Shown here one piece after another: positions 59,807-64,000 of a stretch of 64,000 bases of DNA. Each line of letters opens with the position of its first letter. Within the stretch, counting starts at the first letter, position 1. The stretch lies in assembly GCA_963758525.1 (NCBI GenBank), contig CAVWVQ010000003.1:1696001-1760000 (forward strand). The letters are read 5' to 3'. The notes beneath the pieces are model-generated. The model saw only the letters and a list, made by a program, of their open reading frames with translations, was not told the DNA's origin and did not search any database. This DNA is from an uncultured Phycisphaerales bacterium (lineage in GTDB: Bacteria > Planctomycetota > Phycisphaerae > Tepidisphaerales > Tepidisphaeraceae). Both the position numbers and the translations under genes were made by a program.

Positions 59807-60568
59807 ATGGACCTGAAACGAGCAATCTTAAACCGTCTGAGGCCCAGACCGCCTCAGAAGGTCGATACGACCGTCTACGAGCAGGACGGGCTTCGGAGCA
59901 TACACAACCACTCCTTCATGCAGAACCCTCGTTTTCAAGCGGCGTATGCGCGGGGAGCGAAGGCGGCAAGCGACTATGCATGGCATTGGCGGGTGCACGT
60001 CGCGCTATGGGCCGCCGAAAGCGCAGCCCGGCTCGGGGGCGATTTTGTCGAATGCGGCGTCAACCGCGGATTCCTCAGCTCCGCGATCATGCAGTATCTG
60101 GACTGGGATTCTCTGGGACGCATGTTTTATCTGCTCGACACTTTTGCAGGAATTGACGAACGGTATATTTCCGACGAGGAGCGGAAAAAGGGAGTCATGG
60201 CAAGGAACAAAACACAGATCGATACCGGGTTCTACGTCACCGCGGTGGAATCCGTGGCGGCGAATTTTTCGCAATGGAAGAACCGGCGGATCATCCAAGG
60301 GCCCGTCCCCGAAACGCTGCCGCAGGTTGACTCCCAGCGCATCGCGTATCTGAGCCTCGACATGAATTGCGCCCCGCCGGAAATCGCCGCCGCGGAGTTT
60401 TTCTGGCCGCGACTGGTCCCCGGCGCGATCGTCCTCATGGACGACTACGCCTACTTTGGTTACGAACCGCAAAAGGCTGCATTCGACAAATTCGCTGAAG
60501 CGCGCGGCATTCCAATGCTTTCCCTTCCCACCGGACAGGGACTGTTCATCAAGCCACCAACGGTCTGA
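59807..60568 (+). CDS. TylF/MycF/NovP-like O-methyltransferase
   Basis: GDFVECGV, DTF.G, LDMN, DDY. Confidence 0.85.
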   Translation: MDLKRAILNRLRPRPPQKVDTTVYEQDGLRSIHNHSFMQNPRFQAAYARGAKAASDYAWHWRVHVALWAAESAARLGGDFVECGVNRGFLSSAIMQYLDWDSLGRMFYLLDTFAGIDERYISDEERKKGVMARNKTQIDTGFYVTAVESVAANFSQWKNRRIIQGPVPETLPQVDSQRIAYLSLDMNCAPPEIAAAEFFWPRLVPGAIVLMDDYAYFGYEPQKAAFDKFAEARGIPMLSLPTGQGLFIKPPTV

Positions 60569-60612
60569 CGCGCAGAGCGCGGCCATCGATCCGTTGTCGG
60601 GCGATCGTCGCG

Positions 60613-61449
60613 ATGACCATTACCCCGGCACATAGCATGACCAACGAATCCTTCCAGCCCGCCGGCCTGCGAGAGACGGGGGAGCGCATGCTGCCTGCGC
60701 TTTCTCATCGGACCGTCTACTGGGAACACGTAGAGCGTTATCGCTTCGCCTCGGGCTTTGCGCGGAACAACGACGTGCTGGATATCGCCTGCGGCGAAGG
60801 ATACGGGACGGCCAGCTTGTTGAAGGCCGGGGCGCGATCCGTTGTCGGCGTGGACATCTCACAGGAGAGCGTCGATCACGCCGCCAAAAAATACGGACTC
60901 CGCACAATGGTCGGTTCCGCGGAAGCAATCCCGCTTCCGGACGGCGTGCTGGATCTGGTGGTGTCATTCGAGACGATCGAACACGTGCGCCAGCCGGAAC
61001 TGTTTCTTGCAGAATGCGTCCGCGTCCTCAAGCCGACGGGCACTCTGCTGGTTTCCACTCCCAACAAACCTGTTTACGACCAGCGCACGCCAGACAATCA
61101 GTTTCATTGTTCCGAGATGTCACTTGCGGACTTCGAGAGCAGCCTATCGAAGTACTTTTCCAAAGTGGATCTCTTCGCACAATGCGAACCACCGCCATGG
61201 TACCTGCGAACGCGCGGGTTTGGCCGGCTGGCTGGGATAATTCGGCGGCGGCTCAATCCGCTCTCGATGGAACCGGTCACGGACGACATGAGGTCCCGCA
61301 CAGCCGATCTGTGTGCCCAGGCGCTTCCGTACGTCGCACGGCTGGTGACGCCCGAGGCCGTTAAGCGCGTTTCGCGACCCGCGCTTGAGAGGGCGTGCTA
61401 CATCGTTGCGGCAGCAACAGGGCCCCGTGCGAATCGCGCAGCCACATGA
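60613..61449 (+). CDS. Class I SAM-dependent methyltransferase
   Basis: GER, EHVERY, LDIACGEGYG, SFETIEH, STPN. Confidence 0.9.
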   Translation: MTITPAHSMTNESFQPAGLRETGERMLPALSHRTVYWEHVERYRFASGFARNNDVLDIACGEGYGTASLLKAGARSVVGVDISQESVDHAAKKYGLRTMVGSAEAIPLPDGVLDLVVSFETIEHVRQPELFLAECVRVLKPTGTLLVSTPNKPVYDQRTPDNQFHCSEMSLADFESSLSKYFSKVDLFAQCEPPPWYLRTRGFGRLAGIIRRRLNPLSMEPVTDDMRSRTADLCAQALPYVARLVTPEAVKRVSRPALERACYIVAAATGPRANRAAT

Positions 61450-62294
61450 CGATGAACGCTCCGTTGATTTCCGTTGCGCTCCTGGTCAGAAACGGCATGC
61501 CCGCGCTGGAGCGGCTGCTCGTCGCGCTGCGCTTGCAGCAAGGCGGCGCCGATCTTGAAATCGTCGCGGTGGACTCGGGCTCCAGCGACGGATCTATTGA
61601 AGCGCTTGCCCAGGCTGGCGCTAAAATCACGCGGATCGTCCCGGCAGAATTCCGGTTTGGGCCGACAAGACAACTCGCATTTAGTCTCACGCGCGGCCGC
61701 GTCATCGTCACGATGTCGCAGGACACGCTGCCCATCGACGCCACCTGGCTCCAAAGCATGACCGAGCCGATCCTCAACGGCGAGTTTGATATTATTCAAT
61801 CAGGCCAGCGTGCTCCCGATACGCTGTCCAAGGCCCTCTACCTCCAGCAGCAGGGAGGGGAACTGTATGGTCATTGGCGACGCCCCTATCGGGATTTGGC
61901 ATGCTGGGGCGTCGCGCTTTCCAGAGAGGCCTGGGAAAAAACCGGTTTCGGCGACGTCGAAATGTCGGAAGACAAATACCTGGGCATGCTGGCGTGGAAG
62001 CTGGGTCTGCGCATGCGGTTTGCCGCCGGACAACCGCTCTTGCACGGACACGCGTATACGCCCATCAGTTTGGCCAAGCGTTGCTTCAACGAAGGCATGG
62101 GCGCTCGAACGACCAATGGGCGCTACTCGCTGCGGCGGATGTTCCGTGACCTGGCACGTGCGCCGCTCTATCGCACTGCCTTGGGCGCCATCTTCAAATA
62201 CCGGGACTTGCGACCCAGTGAGGCATTGAGTTTTCCCCTGCGTCCCGTATTCATCTATATTGGATTCCGCTTTGGGAGGCATTACTGGCGATAA
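61446..62294 (+). CDS. Glycosyltransferase family 2 (rhamnosyltransferase-like)
   Basis: VDSGSSDGS, SQD, SED. Confidence 0.82.
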   Translation: MTMNAPLISVALLVRNGMPALERLLVALRLQQGGADLEIVAVDSGSSDGSIEALAQAGAKITRIVPAEFRFGPTRQLAFSLTRGRVIVTMSQDTLPIDATWLQSMTEPILNGEFDIIQSGQRAPDTLSKALYLQQQGGELYGHWRRPYRDLACWGVALSREAWEKTGFGDVEMSEDKYLGMLAWKLGLRMRFAAGQPLLHGHAYTPISLAKRCFNEGMGARTTNGRYSLRRMFRDLARAPLYRTALGAIFKYRDLRPSEALSFPLRPVFIYIGFRFGRHYWR

Positions 62295-62311
62295 TCCAAA
62301 CTCCCCACCCG

Positions 62312-63445
62312 ATGAAGATTCTGATCGACGGATTTGTCTTTACGTGCCCCGAAGGCTTCGCCGGCATCCAGCGCTATTTTCACGAGCTGCTTTCGCGCGT
62401 GTCGTCAGAGAATGCGGTGGATATCTTTCTGGATCGCCCCGCGGTGACCGCCCTCCCGGACGGTTGCCGGGTTCGATACCGCTTCGAGCATTTTCCGGTC
62501 TCCCGTTTGAATGTGGGCTTGAGGGCTTGGCACAAGTTCCAGCGGACGTTCGCGCCGACCCGGTTTTTCGAACATGACGTGTTTCATTCAACGTTCTTTA
62601 CGCCCAGCCCCAACCCGATTGTTCCCGAGGTGCTGACTGTTCACGATATGATTCCCGAGCAGCACGCGACGACGATGGGCGAGGCGACAGCCGCTCACGT
62701 CGCTCAAAAGCACGCCCGGATGCGGTCGGCGCGACTGATCATCTGCCCGTCCGAAGCGACCGCGGCCGACGTGCGGAAACTCTACCCGGAGCTGGCATCG
62801 AAGCTGCGAGTGATTCATCATGGCGCCGAGCACCTGCATTCACCAAAAACCGAGTCGGCCGCCGCAAGCGTGGCGGACGAATTGCCTTATCTGCTGTACG
62901 TGGGCCTGCGGGGAGCGTACAAAAATTTCCACTCGGTGCTCGACGCAATGGAGACTCCGTTTTGGCCGCGTGGCGTTTGCCTGCGCGTCGCGGGGAAACG
63001 CTTCCGCGACGATGAGATGCAGGAATTGGAGAAACGGCGGCTGACAGGGCGCGTGATAGACGAGGGACGGGTTACAGATGATCGGCTGGAGGCGCTGTAC
63101 CGTGACGCGATGGGTCTGATCGTGCCGTCGCTCTGCGAGGGATTTGGCTTTCCGCTTCTCGAAGCGCACTCGATGAAAACCCCAGTGCTTTGCAGCGACA
63201 TCCCGGTGTTCCATGAAGTGGCCGGTGACGCGGCGGTCTATTTCGGTCCGCTCAACCCGCGCTCCATCGCGGACGCGGCGGCGCTGCTGCTCGATCCGGC
63301 GCAAAGCTTCCGATTGCGCGAATCAGGCCGGGAAAATCTTCGCAGGTTTTCGTGGGGCCAATGTGCAGATTTGACGCTGGAAGTGTATCGCGAGACCAGC
63401 AGGTCTTCTCCTGCCTCCTCCCCTCGTACCCGGGGTGAGGATTGA
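62312..63445 (+). CDS. Glycosyltransferase family 4
   Basis: [26 protein letters not shown]. Confidence 0.9.
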   Translation: MKILIDGFVFTCPEGFAGIQRYFHELLSRVSSENAVDIFLDRPAVTALPDGCRVRYRFEHFPVSRLNVGLRAWHKFQRTFAPTRFFEHDVFHSTFFTPSPNPIVPEVLTVHDMIPEQHATTMGEATAAHVAQKHARMRSARLIICPSEATAADVRKLYPELASKLRVIHHGAEHLHSPKTESAAASVADELPYLLYVGLRGAYKNFHSVLDAMETPFWPRGVCLRVAGKRFRDDEMQELEKRRLTGRVIDEGRVTDDRLEALYRDAMGLIVPSLCEGFGFPLLEAHSMKTPVLCSDIPVFHEVAGDAAVYFGPLNPRSIADAAALLLDPAQSFRLRESGRENLRRFSWGQCADLTLEVYRETSRSSPASSPRTRGED

Positions 63446-63446
63446 G

Positions 63447-64000
63447 ATGGACCCTACCCCCCCGCCGCGCATCACGATCGTGACCCCAAGCTTCAACCAG
63501 GGAAAGTTCCTGGAGGCGACGATCCGCTCCGTTCTGCTGCAGAACTATCCCAATCTCGAATACATCGTCGTCGACGGCGGCAGCACCGATAGCAGCGTCG
63601 AAATCATCCGGAAGTACGAGTCAAAACTTTCCTGGTGGGTCAGCGAGAAAGACAACGGCCAGACGCACGCGATCAACAAGGGATTTGCCCGCTCGACGGG
63701 CCAGATCATGGCGTGGCTCAACAGCGATGATCTGTATCTGCGCGGTGCGCTACAGCGCGTCGCGGATCGTTTCGCGAATGATCCGCGCTGCGACATGCTC
63801 AGCGGCGGCTGGCTCTGCTACGCCTGGCCGGATGGTACGTTCATTCCTGTTCGACCGTGCGGCGTCGGGATTCGTCCCAATCGGGCCATCATGCTGCGGC
63901 GCAACGCTTACCTCGGCCAGCATTCGACGTTCTGGCGCCGCGAGCTGTGGGACCGGGTTGGACCTCTCAACGAGTCCCTGCATCTCGCGATGGATCACGA
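63447..64000 (+). CDS. Glycosyltransferase family 2 (partial, runs off window)
   Basis: [38 protein letters not shown]. Confidence 0.9.
   Translation, partial: MDPTPPPRITIVTPSFNQGKFLEATIRSVLLQNYPNLEYIVVDGGSTDSSVEIIRKYESKLSWWVSEKDNGQTHAINKGFARSTGQIMAWLNSDDLYLRGALQRVADRFANDPRCDMLSGGWLCYAWPDGTFIPVRPCGVGIRPNRAIMLRRNAYLGQHSTFWRRELWDRVGPLNESLHLAMDH

Noticed and set aside
1..64000. tRNA/rRNA genes, prophage, integrase or att sites bounding the defence island
   Set aside because: None recognised by eye; tRNAscan and a repeat search would be needed to exclude them.

Overview
GC-rich bacterial DNA, most likely Planctomycetota (Phycisphaerae/Tepidisphaerales-like). This is inferred from a DUF1592/DUF1552 pair, an H-X9-DG-like motif and the conserved HTH-REC regulator. 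About 15 single-base frameshifts, some in housekeeping genes, suggest an imperfectly polished long-read assembly. Contents in order: end of an IS; a REP-flanked RAYT (HUH) transposase abutting a truncated mrr-like gene; aat/clpS/anmK; a two-component cluster; stand-alone rpsD with a structured leader; a decayed vapBC; a glycosyltransferase/Wzy cluster; DUF1592-DUF1552; ECF sigma with a very large anti-sigma; a glycan operon carrying a stand-alone NRPS A-PCP (predicted Leu), a P450 and a GNAT-like protein; an ~11 kb defence island (type III-like Res/Mod, RhuM, four-helix-bundle protein, RES toxin/antitoxin, RelE-like-UvrD fusion); and a wzm/wzt glycan cluster rich in methyl/acetyl transferases. 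Most unusual signals: (1) cassettes of inverted short tandem repeats (7-10 nt units), one bracketing the four-helix-bundle gene and a same-motif 'empty' copy inside the neighbouring methyltransferase ORF with its in-frame stop codons removed; (2) the A-PCP/P450/GNAT/deacetylase module, a candidate glycan aminoacylation pathway. All family assignments come from motif recognition by eye, not database searches.
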